A DNA stretch of 64,000 nucleotides, taken from the NCBI GenBank assembly GCA_965228475.1, contig OZ245817.1, positions 4,032,001 through 4,096,000 on the forward strand, given 5' to 3'. The position numbers were made by a program, and so were the translations under genes. This DNA is from Myxococcota bacterium. Lineage in GTDB: Bacteria > Myxococcota_A > UBA9160 > JAFDDA01. Each line of letters begins with the position of its first letter. The first letter of the stretch is position 1. This document shows positions 1-12,016 of the stretch, one piece after another. Under the pieces are notes generated by a model. That model made no database searches and was not told the DNA's origin. It worked only from the letters and a program-made list of their open reading frames with translations.

Positions 1-907
1 TGTGGGCGGGGACGACGCGCACGAGATCGCCGACTTCCGGCTTGGGCTGCCCCTCTTCCGCGTTGAAGGTCAGGTGCTCGTCCGAGCAGAACCAGACCTT
101 CGCGCCTTCGATCGTCGGGTTGCCGTGGTCGAGCGCCAGGGACTTCAAGCCCGCGTTCGCGACGGCCCACGCCGGAGAAACCGAGACGACCGTCGAGAGG
201 ACCGTGAGCGCCTGGCGGAACCCCTGCCCGAGCTTCTGGTAGTCCGTGTCCATCAGCGAGTAGGAGCCGGCCTGGATCTCGTTCGCCCAGGTGTTGATGT
301 CGTAGGTGCCGGTCCCGCCGGCGGAGATGACGTCGCCCCCGGTCTCCTTGTGGGCGGCGAGGAGCTTCTCCATCGCCACGCGCGTGGCCTCGACGCGATC
401 GTTCCGGTCCTGGACCGGCATCACGTGCCCCTCGTAGCCCATCACCCCGCGCACCTCGAGGCCGGCCTTGCGGGCGCGGTCGGCGATGCGTCCGGCGTCC
501 TCGGGCGCACAGCCGCAGCGCGGCAGGCCGACGTTCACGTCGACGAGCACCTCCCGAACGCCCCCGCGCGCCGCGGCATCGACCGTGGCGTCGGAGTCGA
601 CCGCGACGGTCACGCGCGCGTCGATCTTGCCGAGGCGCGTGGCGTCGAGCACCTCGTTCGCGAGCAGCAGGTCCTCGCCGAGGCCGGCCTCCGCCATGCC
701 TTCCATCTCGCGGATCGTCGCGCAGCAGAAGGTCTTGTGGCCGAGCTCGGCCTGACGCTTCGCCAGTGCGGTGCACTTCGTGGCCTTCACGTGGGGACGC
801 AGGCGGGCGCCGGGCAGGGCTTCGCTCATGGTCCGCAGGTTGTGATCGAATGCAGCGGCATCGACCAGGAGCGCCGGGGTCACGAGGTCGTGGATGGTGG
901 TCGCCAT
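1..907 (-). CDS. DSD1/D-threonine aldolase-type PLP-dependent enzyme (alanine racemase-like fold), 3' end outside the window
   Basis: Manual translation: MATTIHDLVTPALLVD...RLRPHVKATKC (PLP lysine)...VDVNVGLPRCGC...GVMGYEGH...SAGGTGTY...EIQAGSYSLMD...SDEH. Absent from the ORF track because no stop lies in the window. Confidence 0.88.
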   Translation of the reverse strand, partial: MATTIHDLVTPALLVDAAAFDHNLRTMSEALPGARLRPHVKATKCTALAKRQAELGHKTFCCATIREMEGMAEAGLGEDLLLANEVLDATRLGKIDARVTVAVDSDATVDAAARGGVREVLVDVNVGLPRCGCAPEDAGRIADRARKAGLEVRGVMGYEGHVMPVQDRNDRVEATRVAMEKLLAAHKETGGDVISAGGTGTYDINTWANEIQAGSYSLMDTDYQKLGQGFRQALTVLSTVVSVSPAWAVANAGLKSLALDHGNPTIEGAKVWFCSDEHLTFNAEEGQPKPEVGDLVRVVPAH

Positions 908-916
908 GGGCGGAGC

Positions 917-1525
917 TTACACGTCTCCGAGGCCGCCGATGCACGCTCCACAGCGATAGCGCTCGACGAGGCCAGCGGTGGTCAGGGCGACGTGGGCCTG
1001 ACTGCCCGCCGCGAGGGCCTCTCCGCAGTCACAGCGCTGGTTCGCCGCCAGCACCAGGGGCTGCCAGCCGAGAATCGCCGGCTCCGTCGGGGATGCCGGC
1101 CGCGGCTGCGGACGCTCCGCCGCCTCCGGGGCACGCGTGGCTTCCGGCCGCTCCGACCTCGCCCTGGCCGCCCGCGCTGCGGACGTCCAGCGCCCGCGGC
1201 CCCGCTCGGGCGCCGCATCGCGGCGGAGGCGTTCGGCCACCTCCTCCGCCCCTTCGACGACGTCGTCGATCAGCTCGCCGAGATCCCCGCCGACGGCCTC
1301 ACTGACCGCGTCCGCGACGGAGACGGCTTCCTCGAGCACGTTGCGCACGAGGTTCGAGACCGGGACGCGGAGCTCCTCGGCCGCCCGGCGCAGGTCGGCT
1401 TCGAGGTCCTCGGAGATGCGGGTATGGAGGATCCGCTCCTTGCGGCGACGTCGGCGCTCCCGGCGCCCCTCACGGTCCGCCTGGTCCGTCCGCCCCCTGC
1501 CCTCTCCGCGCCCTCGCTCGCTCAT
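917..1525 (-). CDS. Hypothetical protein with ribbon-helix-helix-like N-terminal segment and C-terminal Cys cluster
   Basis: ILHTRISEDLEADLRRAAEELRVPVSNLVRNVLEEA has an RHH/CopG-like pattern; C-terminal CDC...CGAC. ATG at 1525 follows an AT-rich promoter-like stretch. Confidence 0.65.
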   Translation of the reverse strand: MSERGRGEGRGRTDQADREGRRERRRRRKERILHTRISEDLEADLRRAAEELRVPVSNLVRNVLEEAVSVADAVSEAVGGDLGELIDDVVEGAEEVAERLRRDAAPERGRGRWTSAARAARARSERPEATRAPEAAERPQPRPASPTEPAILGWQPLVLAANQRCDCGEALAAGSQAHVALTTAGLVERYRCGACIGGLGDV

Positions 1526-1532
1526 GGTCGAG

Positions 1533-1552
1533 AATGTATGACAATGTATTAC
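1533..1552 (-). promoter_or_regulatory. Direct-repeat operator and -10 element upstream of the RHH-like gene
   Basis: AATGTAT at 1533-1539 and 1543-1549 (10-bp period). On the minus strand TACATT lies 7 nt before the ATG. Confidence 0.5.
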
Positions 1553-2211
1553 GCTTTCCAAGGCCCCCGGAGCTCGGGACTCGTGAGCACCCGGTGGAAG
1601 GGCCCGCCGCCGCTGGCGGCGACCGCCCTCAGCAGGTCTTCCGGGGCGAAGCCGGGGCCGGAATCCTCGTGTTCCCAGGCGTCGCGCCCGGCCTGGGCCA
1701 GGAGCCACGGCGCCCAGGCCGCGAGACGGCGCTCGAGCCGCCGCTCGCAGAGCCAGCCCGGGGACACCACCTCCAGGGCGATCGCCCGGTCGTGCAGGGA
1801 GAGCACGAAGCCGACCTGCCCCTCCTCGGGACGAAACGCCGCGACCAGCGCTTCGACGCAGTGCGGACACGGCCGCTCGCTCGACGCCGCGGCCAGGGAG
1901 AGGCTCACCGCGCAGTGCGGCGGGATGAGCCGGCTCTCGGCGGCCACCCCTGCCCCGCCGAGCGGCTCCCCGGCCAGGAGGACGACCGGCAGCGCCGCCC
2001 GGTTCGTCACACGGACCGCCTCGGCGGGGGCCGCGCCGGCCGCGCCCTCCGAAGTCTCCCGCGACAGGCTCGCGACGGAGAGGAAGCCGTCCTCGAGGGC
2101 CGTCTCGACGGGCCAGACCTCGAGCGGCGAAACCGCACTCGACTCCGCCACGAGGGGCCAGAGCGTGACCTCCTTGTCCACCTGCCGCCGCGCGAGCCGA
2201 ACACCCTGCAT
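1549..2211 (-). CDS. Hypothetical protein, possibly a divergent ARPP-1 (DUF6569)-like domain
   Basis: GGAGG SD before the ATG. VTLWPLV...ALEDG...VRVTNRAALPVVLLAGEPLGG and EGQVGFV resemble ARPP-1 family segments. Confidence 0.5.
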   Translation of the reverse strand: MQGVRLARRQVDKEVTLWPLVAESSAVSPLEVWPVETALEDGFLSVASLSRETSEGAAGAAPAEAVRVTNRAALPVVLLAGEPLGGAGVAAESRLIPPHCAVSLSLAAASSERPCPHCVEALVAAFRPEEGQVGFVLSLHDRAIALEVVSPGWLCERRLERRLAAWAPWLLAQAGRDAWEHEDSGPGFAPEDLLRAVAASGGGPFHRVLTSPELRGPWKA

Positions 2212-2429
2212 CGATTCCTCCTACTCCTGCGTCTGCGCAACGTGGACCCGAGGCCGGGCCCACGCCGCCGCGAATGGCTGGGGCAGCGGGGGAAGCCCTC
2301 GCGTCGCAACGGCACGACGCCGCGGACGCTGCGCGCGCGGGGCGCTGCCCACGAACCAGAACATGGAGGGGTGCTGTGACAAGGGCGGTCACGCCGGCGA
2401 ACCGACAGGACCGCGACGGGGCCGGGCGC

Positions 2430-3347
2430 CTACAGATAGGTCAGCCAGTCCTCGTACTTGGCGTCGCGGCCGGCGACGATGCCGAAGAAGGCATCCTGGA
2501 GCGTCTTCGTGATCGGCCCGCGGCTCCCGCTGCCGATCGCTCGCCGGTCGAGCTCGCGCACGGGCGTGAGCTCCGCGGCCGTACCGGTCAGGAACATCTC
2601 GTCGGCGACGTAGCACTCGTCGCGCGTGATCTCCGCCTCGGTGACCTCAATGCCCCGATCGCGCGCGATCTTCATCACGACCTCGCGCGTGAGACCGGCG
2701 AGGATCGTCGGCAGCGGCGGCGTGCGGATCGCGCCGTCGCGCACGATGAAGACGTTCTCGCCGCTGGCCTCGGAGACGCGGCCGTCGGTATCGAGCATCA
2801 CCGCTTCGTCGTAGCCGTCGAGCAGCGCCTCGCGCTTGGCGAGGATCGAGTTCACGTAGTCGCCGCAGGTCTTGCCCTTGGTCATCTTCGCTGCGGGGTG
2901 GTTGCGCGGGAAGGTCGAGACCTTCGCCCGGATGCCGCGCTCCATGCCTTCCTCGCCGAGATAGGCGCCCCAGGGATAGGCGATCACCGCGAGCCGGATC
3001 GGGTTCTCGGCGGGGTTCAGGCCCATGGCGCCGTCGCCGACGAAGACGAGCGGCCGCACGTAGCCCTCGGTGAGCGAGTTCGCGCGGATCGTCTCGAGGA
3101 TGGCGTCGTTGACCTGCGCTTCGCTGAACGGGATCTCCATCAGGTTGATATGGGCGGAGTCGAACAGGCGCCGGGTGTGGTCCTGCAGGCGGAAGACCGC
3201 CGAACGGCCATCCTCGGTGGCGTAGCAGCGCAGCCCCTCGAAGACGCCGAGGCCGTAGTGGAGCGTGTGCGTCAGGATGTGGACGTTGGCCTGGTCCCAG
3301 GCCACGAGCTCGCCGTCGAGCCAGATCTTCTCACCGGTGATCGCCAT
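2430..3347 (-). CDS. ilvE: Branched-chain amino acid aminotransferase
   Basis: THTLHYGLGVFEG, YVRP, EASGENVF, ILAGLTR, ADEMFLTGTAAE class IV aminotransferase motifs. Confidence 0.96.
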   Translation of the reverse strand: MAITGEKIWLDGELVAWDQANVHILTHTLHYGLGVFEGLRCYATEDGRSAVFRLQDHTRRLFDSAHINLMEIPFSEAQVNDAILETIRANSLTEGYVRPLVFVGDGAMGLNPAENPIRLAVIAYPWGAYLGEEGMERGIRAKVSTFPRNHPAAKMTKGKTCGDYVNSILAKREALLDGYDEAVMLDTDGRVSEASGENVFIVRDGAIRTPPLPTILAGLTREVVMKIARDRGIEVTEAEITRDECYVADEMFLTGTAAELTPVRELDRRAIGSGSRGPITKTLQDAFFGIVAGRDAKYEDWLTYL

Positions 3348-3460
3348 GGGAGCCTCCGACGAAGGAACGATCGCAGCGGCGGGAACCGGCCTCGTCCGCA
3401 GCGGAGGTGGATCCTACCGCGTTCGAGTCGAGCCGGGGCTGCGTTCGGGGCGAGCCGAGG

Positions 3461-4510
3461 CTACCCGGACCGGCCGAGTTTCGCGGCGTCGAAGGGGGGC
3501 CGAAGCAGGCCGCGGTCCGTGACCCAGGCCGAAACGAGACGGGCCGGCGTGACGTCGAAGGCCGGGTGCCGGACGGGGACGTCGGCCGGCACCAGTTCGT
3601 TGCCGCCGAGCTGCGCGACCTCTGCGCGCCCCCGCTCTTCGATGGGAATCGCGTTGCCGTCGGGCGTATCCGGGTCGAAGGTCGCGACGGGCGCGGCGAC
3701 GTAGAACGGGACGTCGTGGGCGCGGGCCAGCACGGCCACACCGTAGGTCCCGATCTTGTTCGCGACGTCGCCGTTGCGGGCCACGCGGTCGGCCCCGACG
3801 ACGACGAGGTCGACCTCGCCCCGCGCCATGAAGTGGGCCGCCATGCCGTCGGTGATGACGGTGACGGGGATGTCGTCGCGCGCGAGCTCCCAGGCGGTCA
3901 GCCGCGCGCCCTGCAGGAAGGGCCTCGTCTCGTCCGCGAGCACCGCCGGCTTGCGGCCCGCCGCCGCGGCCGCGCGAACGACGCCGAGCGCGGTCCCCGA
4001 GCCCGCGGTCGCGAGCGCCCCGGCGTTGCAGTGGGTGAGGATGCGCGCGCCTTGCGGAACGAGCTCGAGGCCCGCCTCGCCGATCTGCCGGCAGGACGCC
4101 ACGTCCTCGGCAACGAGCGCCTCCGCTTCCGCGCCGAGCGCCGCACGGACCGAGGCCAACGTCGCGCCCTCGGCTCCGACGGCTTCGCCGAGACGCCGGC
4201 GCATACGGTCGATCGCGTAGAAGAGGTTGACCGCGGTCGGGCGCGTGGCCTCGAGCCGCTGGCAGGCCGACTCGACGTCGCGAACGAGGCCGGGGACGTC
4301 CGCCGCCTCGCTCCGCCGCGCCGCCAGCGCGACGCCGTGGGCCGCCGTACAGCCGATGGCCGGCGCGCCGCGGACGACGAGATCCTCGATGGCCCGCGCC
4401 ACCGCCTCGGCATCGTGCAGCTCGAGGATGCGCTCCTCCGCCGGAAGGAGGCGCTGGTCGAGCAGCTCGACGGCGTTCTCCCGCGCGCGCAGGGTGAACC
4501 ACTCGGCCAC
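3461..4510 (-). CDS. mtnA: S-methyl-5-thioribose-1-phosphate isomerase
   Basis: LLDQRLLP, VRGAPAIG, TRPTAVNL, THCNAGALAT, DETRPFLQGARLTAWE, GADR, NKIGTY. Confidence 0.96.
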   Translation of the reverse strand: MAEWFTLRARENAVELLDQRLLPAEERILELHDAEAVARAIEDLVVRGAPAIGCTAAHGVALAARRSEAADVPGLVRDVESACQRLEATRPTAVNLFYAIDRMRRRLGEAVGAEGATLASVRAALGAEAEALVAEDVASCRQIGEAGLELVPQGARILTHCNAGALATAGSGTALGVVRAAAAAGRKPAVLADETRPFLQGARLTAWELARDDIPVTVITDGMAAHFMARGEVDLVVVGADRVARNGDVANKIGTYGVAVLARAHDVPFYVAAPVATFDPDTPDGNAIPIEERGRAEVAQLGGNELVPADVPVRHPAFDVTPARLVSAWVTDRGLLRPPFDAAKLGRSG

Positions 4511-4512
4511 GG

Positions 4513-6654
4513 TCAGCGCTTTCCGCCGAAGAGCCCTTCGATCAGCTCACCGACCTGCTCGCTCGCACCCTCGCCGAGCTTCTCGTCGAGCTTCTCGCCG
4601 TACTTGCGGCGGACCTTGCTGCGCGCGTAGCTCCCGGCCAGGCTGCGCGCCTCGGCGGAGGAGATCTCGACGTCGGGCTCGGCGAGCGTTCCCTTCACGC
4701 GCGCCAGCTCGATCACGCGCTCGCGGGATTCGCCGGGCTCCGGCTCCCCGGAGGCATCGGCGAGATTCTGGTCGACCTCGGGCTTGAGCGTCAGCTTGCC
4801 CGTGAAGTCGAGGAGCTGGTCGAAGAGCCGCAGGCCGCCGGCCAGATCGACGCGGTAGCCGTCGTAGACGAGCCGCAGGTCTTCGGTGCGCGCCCAGCCC
4901 TGGGCGACGTCGAAGGTGCCGGCGAGCGCCTCGAACTCGTCGCCGTAGTAGCGCTCCATCTTCTTGGCGCGCTCGGGCTTCTTCAGCGTCGCCACGAGCA
5001 GCGCCGCCTCGCCGACGTCGCCGAGCCGCAGCACGGTCTGCTCGAGGAGCGAGACGTCCTTCCACCGGCCGGGCGTCACTTCGAAGGCCACCCGTCCGGT
5101 CAGGTCCTCGAGCTTTTCGTCGCCGGTCACGCCCGAGAGGTCCGTCGCGAACTGGAGCGGGCCGAAGACCTGGTCCGAGACGCCGGCGAACGCGGAGAGC
5201 AGGGTGTTGGTCTCCGCGCCGTCGGCGCCGAGCCGGACCTTGTACCGCATGCGCTCCTTCGAGAGGCCGTCGACGCGGCCGGAGATACGCAGCGCTTCCC
5301 CGCCCGTCTCGAGCACGACGTCGACGAGCTCCGCCGCATCGCCCTTGCCCTCGACGGCGCCGCGGACCACCACGGGCGGGCCGTCGGGCAGCACGGCCTC
5401 GACGCCGTCGAGGCCGATCTTGCCGTGGAAGGAGAGCGGCTCGGTCGTGAAGGCCAGCGCCTCCGGGCGAACCGTACCGCGGAGCCCGTACTCGGCGAGG
5501 GCCGGAACCAGCTCGTCCCAGCCTGCAAGGTCGAAGGGCTCGGCGTTCAGGGACGCGCGCACGCGCTCGCCGTCGACGTCGACCTTCCCGCGGGCGTCGA
5601 CGTTGTGGATCTTGAGCTCCACGTCGTCGACGGTGAGGCCGCCGTCTTCGCGCGGGACGAGCCGGCCCTTCACGTTGGCGGAGCGGCCGGCGGGTTTGCG
5701 GTAGGCGCCCTCGAAGGCGTCGAGCTCGGCGGCCGTGGCATCCACGTCGAACGTGCCCGAGAGCGCATCGCCGCCCCGGAGGTTCGCCCGCAGTGCCAGA
5801 GGCCCGCGCAGGTCGACGTCACCGATCCGCACGACGCTCTCCGCGACGTCGAGGTCCGCCGCGATCTCCGGCGTGGCGAAGGCGCCGCGCACGCCGACCG
5901 TACCCGAGAGCGCACCGGCGACGCTGCGGCCGTCGTCGAGATAGGGAGCGAGCGCCGCCAGACCGATGCCGTCGAGCTTCGCTTCGAGGTCCGCCGTCGA
6001 GGCCTCGAGATCCGCGGTGCCGTCGAGCGCGAAGCCGCCGCCCTCGACCCGGGCATCCACGTCGATCTCCGCGGGGCCGGTGAGCGAGAGCCGGGCGGTG
6101 GCGTCGAGGTCCTCGATGTCCCAGGTCGCCGCCGGGGCGACCGTCCGATCCTCGAGCACGATGCGCGAACCGCGCAGGGCCACCTCTTCGACGGCGAGGG
6201 AGACGCCGGAGTCCTCTTCCTTGCCGCTGGAAGGTCCACCCTCCGAAGGGGCCGGATCGGCCGGCGCCTCTTCCGCGGGCGGCTCGGGCAGCCGGATCCC
6301 GTCGGCGTCGCGCACGAGGCGGAGCGTCGCCTCCTCGACGACGAGGTTCTCGAGCACCACGCTGCGCGCGAGCAGGGGCCAGAGCGCGAGCTGGAGCGAG
6401 ACCTCCCGCGCCTCCATGAAGGGCGGGTCGCTCGCAGCCTCGCCGGAGAGACTCGGTTCGGAGAGGCGCAGACGCGGCGGGAAGAACCCGAAGCCGAGGT
6501 CCGCGTAGCGGAACTCGCGCCCGGTCGCCTCGCGCGCGGCGTCGGCGATGCGGCCCTGCACCGCCTCGCTCGAGACCAGGCCCGGCAGCACGAAGGCGAG
6601 CCCGGCCACGGCGAGGAGGATCAGCACGACGAACGCGACGAGCACCTTCCGCAA
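4513..6654 (-). CDS. AsmA-family membrane-anchored protein
   Basis: N-terminal TM helix (RKVLVAFVVLILLAVAGLAFVLP), AsmA-like ATGREF...FFPPRLRL...LALWPLLAR, long beta-rich body, C-terminal VKGTLAEPDV. TTG start at 6654 or 6660, abutting the gatB stop. Confidence 0.8.
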   Translation of the reverse strand: MRKVLVAFVVLILLAVAGLAFVLPGLVSSEAVQGRIADAAREATGREFRYADLGFGFFPPRLRLSEPSLSGEAASDPPFMEAREVSLQLALWPLLARSVVLENLVVEEATLRLVRDADGIRLPEPPAEEAPADPAPSEGGPSSGKEEDSGVSLAVEEVALRGSRIVLEDRTVAPAATWDIEDLDATARLSLTGPAEIDVDARVEGGGFALDGTADLEASTADLEAKLDGIGLAALAPYLDDGRSVAGALSGTVGVRGAFATPEIAADLDVAESVVRIGDVDLRGPLALRANLRGGDALSGTFDVDATAAELDAFEGAYRKPAGRSANVKGRLVPREDGGLTVDDVELKIHNVDARGKVDVDGERVRASLNAEPFDLAGWDELVPALAEYGLRGTVRPEALAFTTEPLSFHGKIGLDGVEAVLPDGPPVVVRGAVEGKGDAAELVDVVLETGGEALRISGRVDGLSKERMRYKVRLGADGAETNTLLSAFAGVSDQVFGPLQFATDLSGVTGDEKLEDLTGRVAFEVTPGRWKDVSLLEQTVLRLGDVGEAALLVATLKKPERAKKMERYYGDEFEALAGTFDVAQGWARTEDLRLVYDGYRVDLAGGLRLFDQLLDFTGKLTLKPEVDQNLADASGEPEPGESRERVIELARVKGTLAEPDVEISSAEARSLAGSYARSKVRRKYGEKLDEKLGEGASEQVGELIEGLFGGKR

Positions 6655-6656
6655 TG

Positions 6657-8129
6657 TCAATTCCCTCCGACCTTGCGCGCCAGGATCTCGCGGACGGCGC
6701 CCGGGTCGGCCTTGCCCTGGGTCCGCTTCATGACCTGTCCCATGAGCGCGTTCAGGAGCTTCTTCTCTCCGCCTCGGATGCGCTCGACCACGTCGGCGTT
6801 CTCGGCGAGCACGGCGTCGACCGCCTCGTCGAGCACGCCGGTGTCGGACACGGCTTCGAGGCCGCGCTCGGCGACGAGGCCCGCCGGGTCCGCCCCCGTC
6901 GCAACCAGCTCCGGCAGCAGCTCCCGCGCCACGGACGCCGTGATCTTCCGCGCGTCGACGAGCCCGACGAGACCCGCGAGGCCCGCGGGCCCGAGCTTCA
7001 CGCGCGGGTCGTCGATCTCGGCGTCGAGGTCGTTCAGCACCCGCGCGACATCCCGCAGCAGCCATTTCGACACCGCGGCCCCGTCGCCGTGTTCCCGCGC
7101 CGCCGCCTCGAAGAAGTCCGCGAGCTCCCGGCTCGCCGTCAGGGCGGCGACGTCCTTCTCGGAAAGCGCGTACTCGCTGGCGAAGCGCTCGCGCTTTTCG
7201 GCGGGCAGCTCGGGAAGCGCCTCGCGGGCCTTCTCGATGCGCGCCTCTTCGACGATGAGCGGGATCAGGTCCGGGTCCGGGAAGTAGCGGTAGTCGTCCG
7301 CGTTCTCCTTGAGCCGCATCACCGAGGTCGTGCGCGTCCGCGGGTGGTAGCGGAGCGTGCACTGCTGGACCGCGCCGCCGCCATCGATCAGGTCGGCCTG
7401 GCGCTCGATCTCCGCTTCGATCGCTTCCTGGATGAAGCGGTAGCTGTTCAGGTTCTTCAGCTCGGCGCGCGTTCCGTACGTCTCCGAGCCGTGGGGCCGG
7501 AGCGAGACGTTCACGTCGCAGCGGAAGTGACCCTTTTCGAGGTCGACGTCGGACACGTCGAGGAAGCGCAGGAGCGAACGCAGGGTGCGCAGGTAGGCCA
7601 CGGCCTCCTCGGCCGAGCGCATGTCCGGCTCGGTCACGATCTCGAGCAGCGGCGTGCCGGAGCGGTTCAGGTCCACGAGCGACCCACCGCCCTCGCCGTG
7701 CATCGACTTGCCGGCGTCCTCTTCCATGTGGATCCGCGTGAGCCGCACGCGCTTCGTGCCGGATTCGAGCGGCACGTCGACGTAGCCCGCGGTGCAATAG
7801 GGCTCTTCGAACTGGGAGATCTGGTAGCCCTTCGGCAGGTCCGGGTAGAAGTAGTTCTTGCGCGCGAAGATCGAGTGCCGGTGGATCTCGCAGTTCGTGG
7901 CGAGGGCCGCGCGCAGGGCGAAGTCCACCGCCTGCTCGTTCAAGACGGGCAGCGCGCCCGGCAGCGCGAGGCACACGGGGCAGGTGTGGTGGTTCGGGTC
8001 GTCGCCGTAGGCGAGTTCGCAGCCACAGAAGAGCTTGGTGCGCGTCTTCATGTGGACGTGGGTCTCGAGACCGATCACGACCTCGTAGTCGGGGTGCGGG
8101 GAGCTCGGGCTCGAAGCCTGGGCGCTCAT
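6657..8129 (-). CDS. gatB: Asp-tRNA(Asn)/Glu-tRNA(Gln) amidotransferase subunit B
   Basis: [60 protein letters not shown]. Confidence 0.97.
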   Translation of the reverse strand: MSAQASSPSSPHPDYEVVIGLETHVHMKTRTKLFCGCELAYGDDPNHHTCPVCLALPGALPVLNEQAVDFALRAALATNCEIHRHSIFARKNYFYPDLPKGYQISQFEEPYCTAGYVDVPLESGTKRVRLTRIHMEEDAGKSMHGEGGGSLVDLNRSGTPLLEIVTEPDMRSAEEAVAYLRTLRSLLRFLDVSDVDLEKGHFRCDVNVSLRPHGSETYGTRAELKNLNSYRFIQEAIEAEIERQADLIDGGGAVQQCTLRYHPRTRTTSVMRLKENADDYRYFPDPDLIPLIVEEARIEKAREALPELPAEKRERFASEYALSEKDVAALTASRELADFFEAAAREHGDGAAVSKWLLRDVARVLNDLDAEIDDPRVKLGPAGLAGLVGLVDARKITASVARELLPELVATGADPAGLVAERGLEAVSDTGVLDEAVDAVLAENADVVERIRGGEKKLLNALMGQVMKRTQGKADPGAVREILARKVGGN

Positions 8130-9613
8130 CGGCCGGGCTCGGGCGGGCGCGCCGCGTGGTGGTCCGTCGCACGCTGATAGGCGTCGGCGACGGCGAGGAG
8201 CCGCTCTTCGCCGAGCGGCGGCCCGAGCAGCTGCAGCCCGACGGGCAGGCCGTCGGCGAAGCCGCAGGGCGTCGAGATTCCGGGGATGCCCGCGAGCGGC
8301 GCGGCCACCGTGTAGACGTCGGCGAGGTACATGCGCAGGGGGTCTTCGGTGTTCTCGCCGAGGCGGAAGGCCGGCTCGGGGGCCGTCGGCGTGGCGATCA
8401 GGTCGCAGCTCGCGAAGGCCTCCTCGAAGTCGCGCCGGAGGAGCGTCCGCACCTGCTGTGCCTTCTTGTAGTAGGCGTCGTAGTAGCCGGCCGAGAGCAC
8501 GTAGGTGCCGAGCAGGATTCGCCGCTTCACCTCGGCCCCGAAGCCTTCGGAGCGCGAGCGTTCGTAGAGTTCGCGCAGGTCCCCGGCGCCGGCGGCGCGG
8601 TGCCCGTACCGGACGCCGTCGAAGCGCGCGAGGTTGCTCGACGCCTCCGCCGTCGCCACCAGGTAGTACGTCGCGACGGCGTAGCGCGTGTGCGGGAGCG
8701 AGACCTCCTTCACCTTGGCCCCGGCCGCCTGGAGCGTTTCGACCGCCTCGCGGACTCGGGCCAGCACGCCGGGCGAGACGCCCTCCTCGACGAAGTACTC
8801 GCGCGGCAGCCCGACGGTGAGCCCGGAGACGTCGCCGTCGAGGGCCGCCGCGTAGTCCGGAACCGGGTCGGGCAGCGACGTCGAATCCCGCCCGTCGTGT
8901 CCGGCGACGGCGGCGAGTCCGATCGCCGCGTCCTTCGCCGTGCGCGCGAAGGGTCCGATCTGGTCGAGCGAAGAGGCGAACGCGACGAGGCCGTAGCGCG
9001 AGACGCGGCCGTAGGTCGGCTTCATGCCGACGACACCGCAGCAGGCCGCGGGCTGGCGGATCGAGCCGCCCGTGTCGCTGCCGTAGGCGAGCGGCACGAT
9101 GCCGGCGGCGACGGCGGCGGCCGAGCCGCCCGAGGAGCCTCCGGGAACGCGCTCGGGGTCCCACGGGTTGCGCGAGGGCCCGGCGGCGGAGTTCTCCGTC
9201 GAGGAGCCCATCGCGAACTCGTCCATGTTCGTTCGGCCGATGATGACGGCGCCGGCGGCCTTCAGGCGCTCGACGGTGTGGCCGTCGTAGGGCGCCAAGT
9301 AGCCCGTGAGGATCTTCGAGGCACAGCCGTTCGGCTCGCCGGCGTGCGAGAAGTTGTCCTTGATCGCGATCGGGATCCCGTCGAGGGGGCCGAGCGGCTC
9401 GCCCGCCGCGCGGCGCTCGTCGGCGGCGGCGGCTTCGGCGCGGGCCGCCTCCGGGCGGAGCGAGGTGAAGACCCCGAGGGCTTCCCCTGCGCCCGCGGCG
9501 CGAGCGAGGGCGCGTTCCGTCAGCGCGGCAGCGGTGGTCCGGCCCGCGGCGAGCGCTTCGCCCAGCTCGTCGAGCGTCCCGAGCGGCTCCGCGGCTGCGT
9601 TCGGCTCGCTCAC
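8126..9613 (-). CDS. gatA: Asp-tRNA(Asn)/Glu-tRNA(Gln) amidotransferase subunit A
   Basis: Amidase signature [41 protein letters not shown]; lies between gatC and gatB. Confidence 0.97.
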   Translation of the reverse strand: MSEPNAAAEPLGTLDELGEALAAGRTTAAALTERALARAAGAGEALGVFTSLRPEAARAEAAAADERRAAGEPLGPLDGIPIAIKDNFSHAGEPNGCASKILTGYLAPYDGHTVERLKAAGAVIIGRTNMDEFAMGSSTENSAAGPSRNPWDPERVPGGSSGGSAAAVAAGIVPLAYGSDTGGSIRQPAACCGVVGMKPTYGRVSRYGLVAFASSLDQIGPFARTAKDAAIGLAAVAGHDGRDSTSLPDPVPDYAAALDGDVSGLTVGLPREYFVEEGVSPGVLARVREAVETLQAAGAKVKEVSLPHTRYAVATYYLVATAEASSNLARFDGVRYGHRAAGAGDLRELYERSRSEGFGAEVKRRILLGTYVLSAGYYDAYYKKAQQVRTLLRRDFEEAFASCDLIATPTAPEPAFRLGENTEDPLRMYLADVYTVAAPLAGIPGISTPCGFADGLPVGLQLLGPPLGEERLLAVADAYQRATDHHAARPPEPGR

Positions 9614-9921
9614 CCGCCCTCCTCCTCGTCCCCGTCCATGACGGCCGGGACGGCGAAGGCGGAACCCGAGGCCTCCGGGGCGTTCGCCACGGCGCGCTCG
9701 GGGGCCAGGCTCGGGCGGGGCTCGTCCGCCCGGTAGGGCGTCGGCAGGGCTTCGATGTGGGCCGTCGGCGGGACGCCCTCGGTATCGAGCCCCTCGAGCA
9801 TCTCGACGTAACCGAGAATGGTGTCGAGGTCCGCGGCCATCGCGCGGGCGTCCTCCGGCGAGAGCGACAGCCGTGCGAGCCCGGCGATGCGGGCGAGTTC
9901 CTCCTCGGACAGGTGCGCCAT
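9610..9921 (-). CDS. gatC: Asp-tRNA(Asn)/Glu-tRNA(Gln) amidotransferase subunit C
   Basis: [18 protein letters not shown]...[19 protein letters not shown]...RADEP...ANAPE...FAVPAV; overlaps the gatA start by 4 bp. Confidence 0.93.
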   Translation of the reverse strand: MAHLSEEELARIAGLARLSLSPEDARAMAADLDTILGYVEMLEGLDTEGVPPTAHIEALPTPYRADEPRPSLAPERAVANAPEASGSAFAVPAVMDGDEEEGG

Positions 9922-9996
9922 GGCCGCGACGGTAGCGCAGGCGCCCTGCGGCGGACTCGGCGAAACCCTCGCGGTTTCGATACCTTCCGCCGCCAC

Positions 9997-11483
<1,487 letters not shown>

Positions 11484-11487
<4 letters not shown>

Positions 11488-11969
11488 GCGCTCGGCCCCT
11501 CCACGTCGCCGACGGGCGCCTTTCCCTCGAGCACCGCGGGCAAGAACACTTCGGGGTGCGCTTCGACCACGAGGCGCATCTCGAGTTCCCCGCCCGGTGT
11601 GATCCGATCCACGAGCCGCGCGATGCGGCCCTCCGAAAAGTGCGCGGTCTCGGTCATCGTGAAGTGGCAGCGCTCGCCCGAAGCCATCGTGTAGAGCGCG
11701 AGGCCATGCACCTCGACCTCGTCCCCCTCCGCGCGCGGCGCGCTCAAGGGCACGACCCGGCGGGAGGCGAACTTCCGGTCGAACTCCGCGGTGATCCATT
11801 CGAAGAAGCCGAGCACGGCCTCGCGGCCTTCGTACCGCAGGGTCGACCGGGCCGGACGATGGATGACGTACTCCGCCTCCTCGGTGAAGAACGGAGCGAG
11901 GGCGGCGTAGTCGGCGCTGGCGTAGGCCTTCTCGAAGGCCGCGGCGTACTGGACGAAACGATCGAGCAT
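11484..11969 (-). CDS. SnoaL/NTF2-like fold protein
   Basis: LAPFFTEEAEY...YEGREAV...HFSEGRIARLVD pattern; divergent from the TetR gene. Confidence 0.7.
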
Positions 11970-11990
11970 CGGGTTCTCCCTGGCGCGCTT

Positions 11991-12009
11991 ACTTTGAGTA
12001 GTCTAAGTT
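11991..12009. promoter_or_regulatory. Probable TetR operator in the divergent promoter
   Basis: Imperfect palindrome ACTTTGA-GTAG-TCTAAGT in the 47-bp spacer; TAAGTT lies 7 nt before the tetR GTG. Confidence 0.55.
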
Positions 12010-12016
12010 AAGGATC

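Noticed and set aside
2..2512. 836-aa plus-strand ORF and other long Arg/Gly/Pro-rich ORFs (e.g. 38302..41733, 39321..43016, 44121..48098, 52942..55914)
   Set aside because: High-GC shadow frames overlapping well-supported genes, with no motifs.
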